NCBI GenBank assembly: GCA_964598765.1
Contig: CAZRCZ010000003.1
Location: forward strand, 152,423 to 216,422
Direction of reading: 5' to 3'
Length of the DNA stretch: 64,000 nucleotides
Origin: an uncultured Candidatus Sumerlaeota bacterium
GTDB lineage: Bacteria; Sumerlaeota; Sumerlaeia; MVZB01; JAJFLK01
Shown here: positions 7,959-15,871 of the stretch, one piece after another
Layout: the number at the start of each line of letters is the position of its first letter
Numbering within the stretch: the stretch's first letter is position 1
Position numbers and translations under genes: made by a program
The notes under the pieces: generated by a model
What the model saw: the letters and a program-made list of their open reading frames with translations, nothing else
The model's database searches: none
Told to the model about the DNA's origin: nothing

Positions 7959-9479
7959 TCAGTAAGTCACGTCCGCCAAATCCCCCGCCCCCGCGCTGGC
8001 CGGCGCGACGCCGTTGACCAGATCAATTCCGGTCGTCTGGCGAAACCGATTACTCTCGCTCCGGTTATGGGTCGCGCTGAAGAAAATCAGCCCGGCTGTT
8101 CCGTTGCCTTCGCAGGAATTGCCCGTGATTGGATTGCCGGAGCCGCTGGCTCGAATCCCGTGGGAGAACGTTCCCCCCGTGTTCGCCGTGCAATGATTCT
8201 CAAGAACCCGGCAACCGGCGGCGAGAATGCCGGCAGAAAAGCCGACGCCCGCGGCTACCTGACCCGAACAAGTGTTGCTCCGGATGACGCAACCATTCGA
8301 ACCATAAATCCCGACGGCGATGCCGTCGGCGCCCGAGGCGTTGTTTGCCCGACAGGTGTTGTCGACGACAATGCATCCGCCTGCCGCCGAAATTCCGTAG
8401 GCGTTGCCGTTGCCGTTGGGACCTTCGTTGTTGGAATAGCAAACATTGGCTTCAACGGAACCGCCTCCGGCGGCGATGCCGACGCCATTGCTGTTGTTGG
8501 TGTTGCTGTTGCCATAGCAGACGTTGGCCCTAATCGTCCCTGAACCGCTTATGCCGATGGCGGGATAGAGGCCATTGGACGTGTTGTTCGCGCAGGTGTT
8601 ATTTTCGATAATGCCGCTGTTGACGTAAATTCCACAACCATTCCCTCCTGCCGAGCTGTTGGATTCGCAAAGATTATGGAGAACAACGGCGAAGCCGGTC
8701 GTGACGTAGATGCCATAAGCGGCTCCCGTCCCCGATGAAGATTGGTTGCCCCGGCAGACATTGTCGGCAAGCCGGCAACCGGAAACAGGCGCGTAAATTC
8801 CGCAGGCGATTCCTCCGGCTGAGACGTTGTTCTCGCAGAGATTTTTCTCGGCTTGGCATCCGGTTCCGCTGAGATAAACACCGTAGGCGGGAGCCGCTCC
8901 CGAGAAATTGTTCGCCGAGGCGACACATTCCTTCACCACGGAGTCTTGGCCGACTTGGATTCCCGCCGATCCGCCCGCCGTGTTGTTGCCGTTCGCGCGG
9001 CATTTTTCGACGATGGAATCGTTGCCGACGAGGATTCCCGAAGCGGCGCAACCTCGGACCTCCACGTTGCGCATCCGCGCGCGACCGCCCAGATAGATGC
9101 CGTTTTGCGAAAATCCCGCGATGGTTCCATCGAAGATCGTGATGCCGGTTTGAGCCGAACCGGAGATGCCGTCAACGGCGGCTCCACCGCCCCCCGTGAT
9201 CGTATGACCGCCCAAATCAATCGTAATGTCGTTCCACGTCAGCGTGATGGCGGCGATCCCCGCGTTCATCGTCACGTTGTCCACGACGCGGTAGCTCCCC
9301 GTCGCGCTGATGGTCGTCGTCGCGGCGGGGTTGAGTTTGAGGTCAATCGTGCCGTCACCGAAGGCGAAAGGCGAAAGGCGGATGGCGAAAAGCAAGCAAA
9401 TGACGAATGGCGAATGAAGAATGGCGAAATTGAAGGGGATTTTCTTGGCGTCTTGGCACGTTGGTGGTGAAATAAACAT
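7959..9479 (-). CDS. Secreted Cys/Asn/Gly-rich parallel beta-helix repeat protein, paralogue A
   Basis: Signal-like 'ILHSPFVICLLFAIRLSPFAFG', then about 13 coils of roughly 26 aa each carrying '(N)xCxxN'. Start at ATG 9479 by homology with the paralogue B N-terminus. An alternative ATG at 9530 overlaps the paralogue B stop by 4 nt. Confidence 0.75.
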   Translation of the reverse strand: MFISPPTCQDAKKIPFNFAILHSPFVICLLFAIRLSPFAFGDGTIDLKLNPAATTTISATGSYRVVDNVTMNAGIAAITLTWNDITIDLGGHTITGGGGAAVDGISGSAQTGITIFDGTIAGFSQNGIYLGGRARMRNVEVRGCAASGILVGNDSIVEKCRANGNNTAGGSAGIQVGQDSVVKECVASANNFSGAAPAYGVYLSGTGCQAEKNLCENNVSAGGIACGIYAPVSGCRLADNVCRGNQSSSGTGAAYGIYVTTGFAVVLHNLCESNSSAGGNGCGIYVNSGIIENNTCANNTSNGLYPAIGISGSGTIRANVCYGNSNTNNSNGVGIAAGGGSVEANVCYSNNEGPNGNGNAYGISAAGGCIVVDNTCRANNASGADGIAVGIYGSNGCVIRSNTCSGQVAAGVGFSAGILAAGCRVLENHCTANTGGTFSHGIRASGSGNPITGNSCEGNGTAGLIFFSATHNRSESNRFRQTTGIDLVNGVAPASAGAGDLADVTY

Positions 9480-9521
9480 CTTCATTGATTCCTTTCTTTT
9501 CGCCCTTCGCCTTTCGCCTTC
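9360..9521. repeat. Octamer/heptamer hairpin repeat ('ggcgaaag' type) straddling the start region of paralogue A
   Basis: 'gaaggcgaaaggcgaaaggcg' (9360-9380) is complementary to 'cgcccttcgcctttcgccttc' (9501-9521), with one mismatch. Confidence 0.75.
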
Positions 9522-9526
9522 ATCCT

Positions 9527-11065
9527 TCAATAAACCACGTCCGCCAAATCCCCCGCCCCCGAACTCGCCGGCGCGACGCCGTTGACCAAATCAATGCCCG
9601 TCGTTTCGCGCAAACGATTAGTTTCGCTTCGAGTGTTGGTGGAAACGAGGAAAAGAAGTCCTCCGGTTCCATTAACCTCACACGAATTGCCGGCGACGAA
9701 ATTGGCGGAGCCAATGATCCGAATGCCGTGGGAAATCGCGCCCCCCGTTGCGGTGTTGCTGACGCAATGGTTGTCAACGACCCGGCAATTGTTGAGAACG
9801 GCAACCCCTGCGGCAAAACCGGAGCCTTTGCCTTTATTTAACATGCAGATATTGTTCCGAATCGCGCAATCCGATCCGCCGTTGATCCCGGCGCCCGAGC
9901 CGTTCGTCCCCCAAGATTGGTTTCCCGTGCACGAATTGCCGACGACAACGCATCCGTCACCCACGTTGATCCCATCGCCAAACCCGCTGGCGTTGGGACC
10001 CCCTTCATTGCCGGAACATGAATTGGCTTCGACCGTGCAACCATCGGCGGTCGAGATGCCGTAACCAGACCCATTATTGGAGTTGACGTTGCCGGCGCAG
10101 TTATTGGCCCGAACGACGCATCCCAAGCCGGCGGAGATGCCGTAAGCGGGGGAATTCCCGGATGCCGTGTTGCCCGAGCAGGAGTTTTTTTCGAGGACGC
10201 AATATCCCCCCGCGACAATTCCATAAGCGTATCCGCCCAAGGAGGTGTTGTACTCGCAGACGTTGTGGAGAATAAGGGCCGAGTTGACCGCGTAGATTCC
10301 GTAGGCGGAGGTAGTCCCGGATGGCGATTGGTTCCCCGAGCAGAGATTGTCGGCAACGCGGCATCCGGCGTTGGGGGCGTAAATTCCGTAGGCGTTCCCG
10401 CCGGGGGAAACGTTGTTTTGGCAGACATTTCTCTCTGCGTCGCAACCCGTGCCGCCAAGATTGATGCCGTAGGTGTCAAGCGCTCCCGACGGATTGTTGG
10501 CCGACGCGACGCAATCCCTCACGAACGAATCTTGGCCGACTTGGATTCCGGCGGAGCCGCCAAGCATGTTGTTGCCGGTCGTCCGGCATTTCTCGACCAT
10601 GGAGTTGGCGCCGGCGAAAATCCCCGAACCGCCGCAACCCCGGACCTCCACCTCGCGCGCGCGCGCGCGGTTGCCCAAATAAACGCCGCGATTCGAAAAT
10701 CCAGCGATGGTCCCGCCGAAGATGGCGACATTGGTTTGAGCCGAGCCGGAAACGCCGTTGGCCGAAGCGCCGCCACCCCCCGTGATCGTGTGGCCGTTCA
10801 AATCAATCGTGACGTCGTTCGCCGTCAGGGTGATCGCCGAAATGCCCGCGTTCATCGTCACGTCATCCACGACGCGGTAGCTCCCCGACGCGCTGATCGT
10901 CGTCGTCGCGGCGGGATTGAGCTTGAGGTCTATCGTACCGTCCCCGAAGGCAAAGGGAGAATGGAGAAAGGCGAAGAGGAAAGAAAGAATGAAGGATGAG
11001 GGGTGAAGGATGAAATCGGAGATGGATTTCTTTGTGTCGTGGTGTCTTGATGGTGACAAATTCAT
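9527..11065 (-). CDS. Secreted Cys/Asn/Gly-rich parallel beta-helix repeat protein, paralogue B
   Basis: N-terminal roughly 230 aa and C-terminal roughly 60 aa are near-identical to paralogue A ('GDGTIDLKLNPAATTTISA.GSYRVVD', '...GVAPAS.GAGDLADV.Y'). Same '(N)xCxxN' coil pattern. Signal-like 'SFILSFLFAFLHSPFAFG'. Confidence 0.8.
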   Translation of the reverse strand: MNLSPSRHHDTKKSISDFILHPSSFILSFLFAFLHSPFAFGDGTIDLKLNPAATTTISASGSYRVVDDVTMNAGISAITLTANDVTIDLNGHTITGGGGASANGVSGSAQTNVAIFGGTIAGFSNRGVYLGNRARAREVEVRGCGGSGIFAGANSMVEKCRTTGNNMLGGSAGIQVGQDSFVRDCVASANNPSGALDTYGINLGGTGCDAERNVCQNNVSPGGNAYGIYAPNAGCRVADNLCSGNQSPSGTTSAYGIYAVNSALILHNVCEYNTSLGGYAYGIVAGGYCVLEKNSCSGNTASGNSPAYGISAGLGCVVRANNCAGNVNSNNGSGYGISTADGCTVEANSCSGNEGGPNASGFGDGINVGDGCVVVGNSCTGNQSWGTNGSGAGINGGSDCAIRNNICMLNKGKGSGFAAGVAVLNNCRVVDNHCVSNTATGGAISHGIRIIGSANFVAGNSCEVNGTGGLLFLVSTNTRSETNRLRETTGIDLVNGVAPASSGAGDLADVVY

Positions 11066-11091
11066 GAAAAAATCCTTATCTCTCTATGAAT

Positions 11092-11124
11092 CCCTCTCTG
11101 TGTCTCTGTGCCTCAGTGGTGAAT
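11092..11124. repeat. Solo arm of the octamer-hairpin family ('cacagaga' type)
   Basis: 'ccctctctgtgtctctgtgcctcagtggtgaat' lies between the stop of 11132-13558 and the start of paralogue B. Confidence 0.75.
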
Positions 11125-11131
11125 CTTTATC

Positions 11132-13558
11132 CTAAATTCCCCCCAGAACCGAAACCTCAAACGGCGCGAACCCCGATTGATCGGGTAGCTTTTCAGGATA
11201 GGTTTTGACGCCCGCCTGTTCACGCCAGCCGTTGCCGACGCCCGTGCCGTCCCAAGTCAAATCCGCGCCCGGAACGCCCATCGCCTTCAGAAGCGGCGCG
11301 GGATTCTTGCCGTTGTCGCGGTAGCTGTTGTCGTGGATCAGGTTGTTGTCGGAGTTCGGCTCGATGTCGAGTTCGTATTTTTCTTTCGACGCCGAGGCCG
11401 ACGTGAGGAAACTCATCAACGTAATGCCCGAGCTGTTGTTGCCGTAAATCTGGTTGCCAGTGACCTCGGTATTGTCCGCCGCCATGACGAGCATCCCCGT
11501 TCCGGGGGGCAGATAAGAAACGATGGAACCGGGCTTGGCAAAATTCGCCGTGTTGTTTTCCCAGACACGATTTCCGATCACCCGGCAATGGCTTCCGACC
11601 TTCGACGCGCCCGCCGGAAGGAGAAAAACCAAAATCCCGCCGGTGTTATGATGTGCGCTGTTGTTGGTGACGAGCGCGTTGACCGAATTTTCGATCTCCA
11701 ATCCCGCGACGTTGTGGAAGACCTCGTTGTTGCGAACGATGATGTCCCGACTCTGGCCGACGTAAATTCCGGCGTCCTTCGCCCCGCTGACGACGCATTC
11801 TTCAATCAACACGCCTTTGCACTCCACCGGATAAACCGCGTAAAGACCGGAATTTTCGACGACCAAATCGCGGAACACCACGTTGTTGGCTTTGTTGAAT
11901 ACGACGCCGTTGCCGGTGTAATTGCGAATGACAAATCCTTCCAGCGCGCAGTCGTTGCCGGTTCCCTGCACGGCGTCGGCCAGTGCATTCTGGCCGTCAA
12001 GGACCGCGCGTTCACCGTTGACCACCAAACCCGCGACCTCGATGCCGTCGCGGTCCATGGCCACCGTTTGATGATAGACGCCCGGCATGACTTCCACGCG
12101 GTCGCCGAATTGACTTCGATCCAGCGCGGCTTGGATGGATTGTCCGGGCATGACGCGCAACGTCGCCGAAACGGAGCGCGACCGCGGATGAAGGCGCGAC
12201 GGAACAATTCCTTGAGTTCCGGGGCCTTGCGTTCCCGGACTAAATCGCGCGAAGGCGGCTTGTCGCGCCGCTTGAAGCGCGCTCGGCGCTTCGGACAACG
12301 CCGAAGAACTTGGCGTGATGGACGACGTCGGAACCGATGCGGAAGCAATCTGAGTCAACGGCGGAGCCGGAATGGCTTTGGTCTTGACCTCGACCACAGG
12401 CAAACCCGAAGGAACTTTGACCGGTGGTTCGGGTTGGAGCGAGGTGTCGGTCAGCGCGTTCAAGAACGCAACCAAATCGCTCACTTCCGCAGGGGTGATG
12501 TCGAATTTGCCAATCTTGTCGTCAATGCCGGGGATCTGCTTTTCAAATTGGCGTCCGCCCCCTTTGGAGTAAAAGTCAATGACTTCCTCCAGCGTCTTGA
12601 ATCGCCCCGTGTGCATGTAAGGCGCGGTCAGCGCGACGTTGCGCAGAGTCGGGATTTTGAACGCGCCGTCGGGTCCCTGTCCCGGAACCTTGGCGCGTCC
12701 CGGATCGTGCTCCGCTTCGTCCGGCACGCCGATTACGCGGAAACTGCCGTCGGAAAAATTCGGAAGCGTGTGGCACTCGAAGCATCGCGTCTTGAGCGAA
12801 CGGAAAAGCGCTAGGCCGCGCTTTTCTTGTTCGTTCAGCGCGCCGGAATCTCCCGCCGCGTAGCGGTCATATTTGGAATTGAAGGAAAGAAGCGTCCGCT
12901 CGAACGCGGCAATCGCCAACGTGACGTGGCGGAACGTCACCGCTTCGTCGGCGCTTCCGCCGAACGTCTTCTGAAAAAGCTGGACGTATTCGGGAATCCC
13001 CTTGAGTTCCTTGATGAGTTCGTCGGCGTTTTGAGCCATTTCGTGTGCGTCCTGAATCGGACCCTCGGCTTGTTGTTCCAAATCCTTGGCGCGTCCGTCC
13101 CAGAATTGCAGGGGGCTGTAGGCGGAATTCCAGATCGTCGGCGCGCCGCGTTTCAAAACGTCGCCTCCGTTGCGCTCCGGTCCGACTCCTTTTCCCCCTT
13201 TGCCCATGCTGGTATTGCGTCCGTCTGTGAAGCCGTAATCGGGGTGATGGCAATGCGCGCAGGAAATCGTGTTTTCGCCGCTCAAGACCGGATCGAAATA
13301 GAGCAATTTGCCAAGCTCGACTTTTTCCGGCGTCATCGGATTTTCGGCGAGCGATTTCATCGCGGGAAAAGCTTGTTGCAAACCCGTCGCCCGCGTTTGT
13401 CCTTCGACGTAAGATTCGTTCGGAACGTAAACGCCATTCACGAAGCGGAAACCGGAAATCGGTTTGCCTTCCGGTTTGTCCGCCGCCGACGCGGAGTTGG
13501 CCACTGCCGCAACGCACACTGATCCGAGAAAAATAAAAAATGGAAAACGTCTTGTCAT
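11132..13558 (-). CDS. Di-haem cytochrome c peroxidase/MauG-family domain fused to a NosD-like parallel beta-helix domain
   Basis: Signal peptide 'FPFFIFLGSVCVAAVANSASA'. Two CxxCH sites ('CAHCH', 'CFECH') and 'FKIPTLRNVALTAPYMHTG' are typical of bacterial CCP/MauG. A Pro/Ser-rich linker follows, then a beta-helix half paralogous to 6596-7873. Confidence 0.85.
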   Translation of the reverse strand: MTRRFPFFIFLGSVCVAAVANSASAADKPEGKPISGFRFVNGVYVPNESYVEGQTRATGLQQAFPAMKSLAENPMTPEKVELGKLLYFDPVLSGENTISCAHCHHPDYGFTDGRNTSMGKGGKGVGPERNGGDVLKRGAPTIWNSAYSPLQFWDGRAKDLEQQAEGPIQDAHEMAQNADELIKELKGIPEYVQLFQKTFGGSADEAVTFRHVTLAIAAFERTLLSFNSKYDRYAAGDSGALNEQEKRGLALFRSLKTRCFECHTLPNFSDGSFRVIGVPDEAEHDPGRAKVPGQGPDGAFKIPTLRNVALTAPYMHTGRFKTLEEVIDFYSKGGGRQFEKQIPGIDDKIGKFDITPAEVSDLVAFLNALTDTSLQPEPPVKVPSGLPVVEVKTKAIPAPPLTQIASASVPTSSITPSSSALSEAPSALQAARQAAFARFSPGTQGPGTQGIVPSRLHPRSRSVSATLRVMPGQSIQAALDRSQFGDRVEVMPGVYHQTVAMDRDGIEVAGLVVNGERAVLDGQNALADAVQGTGNDCALEGFVIRNYTGNGVVFNKANNVVFRDLVVENSGLYAVYPVECKGVLIEECVVSGAKDAGIYVGQSRDIIVRNNEVFHNVAGLEIENSVNALVTNNSAHHNTGGILVFLLPAGASKVGSHCRVIGNRVWENNTANFAKPGSIVSYLPPGTGMLVMAADNTEVTGNQIYGNNSSGITLMSFLTSASASKEKYELDIEPNSDNNLIHDNSYRDNGKNPAPLLKAMGVPGADLTWDGTGVGNGWREQAGVKTYPEKLPDQSGFAPFEVSVLGGI

Positions 13559-13633
13559 GGAAGAGACGCCCCTTTCGAAAGAATGAAGAGAGGACCGAGC
13601 GTTCTAAAAAGCCGCCGCCTTGCCTCTCTAAAA

Positions 13634-14839
13634 TTACCGGAAGCGAGGGAGGGGAGCAAGGGGGATTTGATCGGCGCGAGCTGACGTCGCAAGATTCGCA
13701 ATCCCACGCGATTGTGGATCAGAGCCAACGAGCAAGTCGGCTCCGGCGCCGAATAGGGACGGAGGCCGCGAGAAAGGTTTTTGGAAGGCCGCCGTCTCGA
13801 CCAAGGCCAGCGCCCGCAGGAGGCGCTTCAGTTGATCGTCTCCCGATCCCGGGCCGATTGCGCCGGCAGGAGTCCAGAGCGCGACTTCATAGCCCGCTTC
13901 GATGAAATACTTGGCGAGCGAAGCGGCGACGCTGACGCCGTTTTCGAACGCTTCCAACTCATCGGTCGTCGGGTTTGACGCCACGCGCGGCGCGAAGACA
14001 ATCCGCAATCGGCGCGCCTCCTCCCGTTCGTCCTCCCGCAATTTGATCCCCGTCCCTTTGGCCGAAAGTTTCCAGTGAATCATCCGCGCCGGATCGCCCG
14101 GAACGTAATCCCGAATCGCGTAGAGGCTTCCGCCGTGTCCCTTGAGGGGAGATTCCAATTCACCCAGTTGAGGATCAAACCGCTTGAGGAGGGGCTGAAC
14201 GGGCAACAATCGGGGATAAATCAGCGCCTTGTCAGGCACATCCCATCGGACGGTGCGATCCAGAAACCCGAAAGGAAATCCCGATCGGCAATGGAGGGAG
14301 CGGAATTCAACCCATCCTCGGCGGGGAAATTGAACTTCAACGTTTTGTCGCGATGCACGACGGGGCGGAATCGCGGAAAAGAAAGCGGAATAACGGGGCA
14401 AGGGAGTGTCCGCTTCCCCCTCGGCCACTGACAAACCATACGATGCCATCCATCGTTTACGGTTGGAAAGCTCGACCTGCATTTCGGTCGCGGCTCCGGC
14501 GAAAATTTCGGAGGAAAGTTTTCTACGCGCGACGATTCCCGTCATGTTGATCCAGCTCAGCAGGAGCGTTGCCAGCCAAAAGCTCAGCAGGGTGGAGACC
14601 ATAAGATAGAGGAGATTGGTTCCGGTGCTGACGGCGGCCATCCCGATGGCCGTCATCAGCAGGGCGACCCCCAATCCCATGCGCGTAACACGCCCTCCGT
14701 GGCGCGGTCTCCAGCCGAACCATGGAAAACGCCGCCGCCGCTTGGAAGGGGCGGGCAAGGCTTGATTGCGTCGGTTCAACAATTTAACCTCAAGGTTGTG
14801 GCTCGTCGCAGTGTCCCGCTTTCTTTCTCGTTCCTCCAT
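13634..14839 (-). CDS. DUF58 domain protein (vWA-like, usually MoxR-associated)
   Basis: 'LYAIRDYVPGDPARMIHWKLSAKGTGIKLREDE' is the DUF58 signature, and N-terminal TM helices 'LGVALLMTAIGMAAVSTGTNLLYLM' are present. Start uncertain; anywhere from 14839 down to an internal TTG is possible. Confidence 0.7.
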   Translation of the reverse strand: MEERERKRDTATSHNLEVKLLNRRNQALPAPSKRRRRFPWFGWRPRHGGRVTRMGLGVALLMTAIGMAAVSTGTNLLYLMVSTLLSFWLATLLLSWINMTGIVARRKLSSEIFAGAATEMQVELSNRKRWMASYGLSVAEGEADTPLPRYSAFFSAIPPRRASRQNVEVQFPRRGWVEFRSLHCRSGFPFGFLDRTVRWDVPDKALIYPRLLPVQPLLKRFDPQLGELESPLKGHGGSLYAIRDYVPGDPARMIHWKLSAKGTGIKLREDEREEARRLRIVFAPRVASNPTTDELEAFENGVSVAASLAKYFIEAGYEVALWTPAGAIGPGSGDDQLKRLLRALALVETAAFQKPFSRPPSLFGAGADLLVGSDPQSRGIANLATSARADQIPLAPLPRFR

Positions 14840-15871
14840 TTGATTATCACATTGTCCGCGGTCCGTCCATCGGCGGGACAGGAAACGCTACAACGGGGCG
14901 TGGCGCCCTCGACGCCCCAAGAGGTCGCGCTGAAAATCGGTTATCTGATTTCGGGATCCGATTTGGATCCGGTGCGCCCGGTCCTTGAAGAGCTTCGCCG
15001 CGATTTGCTGAGCGATTCCAAGGTCCTCTCGGCGTTGAAAGCCGGAAATTATCAGGACATCTGGCTCCGTCCCTGCGACGCGCCGCAAGACATGATCCAG
15101 CGGTTGAAAGGAATTGAATTCGATCTGGCGTTTGCCACCTCGGTCATCTATGCGCGCCAATTTCGTCCGCGCGCCGATCAGCCCGATCAGTTTCAGGAAG
15201 TTCCCTATGAGCCGGTCCTGCAATTTCATTATCTCGACGGCGACGTGCCCGATCCCAAGGGTAACGGCGTTTTTCGGCGGGGCGTCGTCTTTATTGGTCC
15301 GGGCAGTTCGCTCTGGAGTGTCGGACAACCCTCCGCCGAACAAATGCGGCGCGAGTTGGAGACGCAGTGGCTGGCCGTCTCCGATTCTTATTCGGCGGCG
15401 GGGTATATTTATTCGCGGCTGAAGATCATGGACGAATTCGGCGAGGTTCGCCTGCGCGGTCCGATGTTCTGCAAATCGGGAGGCGAGGCGTTCAAGCACG
15501 TCGTTTCCGGGCTGACGGGCATCGGCGCGTGCGACTCGCGGATTTTGGAAGGAGCGGCGGGAAAGCCTGCCGCGCGGGGAAAATTCTACCGCGAACTTTT
15601 CCGCACCGATCCCATTCCGACCGATCCGATTTTGCTCCGGCGCGATCATTTGCCGCAGACTTCTCCACTGGGACGGGAACTCAAGGCGGCGATTCAATCT
15701 TTTTTCAACGCCGCCAAGTCACCGGTCGCCGGACTTCGCGTCGAGACCGCCGACCGCCGGGCGTTTGAGTTGACGGCGCGCGCCTTGGAAAAATTCGATC
15801 GCGCCGAGCAGGAGGCATCCAAAATTCCGGCCAATCTTTCCGCTTCTCCGAATGGAGCGCGGCGACCGTGA
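14798..15871 (+). CDS. PhnD-like periplasmic substrate-binding protein (phosphonate/phosphite ABC SBP fold)
   Basis: 'KIGYLISGSD...GIEFDLAFATSVIYARQ' resembles PhnD-family SBPs. GTG at 14798 gives the signal-like 'MARRSVPLSFSFLHLIITLSAV'; the ORF is open from GTG 14699. The stop overlaps the kinase start (ATGA). Confidence 0.5.
   Translation: MARRSVPLSFSFLHLIITLSAVRPSAGQETLQRGVAPSTPQEVALKIGYLISGSDLDPVRPVLEELRRDLLSDSKVLSALKAGNYQDIWLRPCDAPQDMIQRLKGIEFDLAFATSVIYARQFRPRADQPDQFQEVPYEPVLQFHYLDGDVPDPKGNGVFRRGVVFIGPGSSLWSVGQPSAEQMRRELETQWLAVSDSYSAAGYIYSRLKIMDEFGEVRLRGPMFCKSGGEAFKHVVSGLTGIGACDSRILEGAAGKPAARGKFYRELFRTDPIPTDPILLRRDHLPQTSPLGRELKAAIQSFFNAAKSPVAGLRVETADRRAFELTARALEKFDRAEQEASKIPANLSASPNGARRP

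Noticed and set aside
7959-11065. Diversity-generating retroelement targeting the variable centre of the beta-helix paralogues
   Set aside because: There is no reverse transcriptase, no accessory gene and no template-repeat copy of the variable region in the window. The divergence is not restricted to adenine-templated positions as far as I can see by eye.
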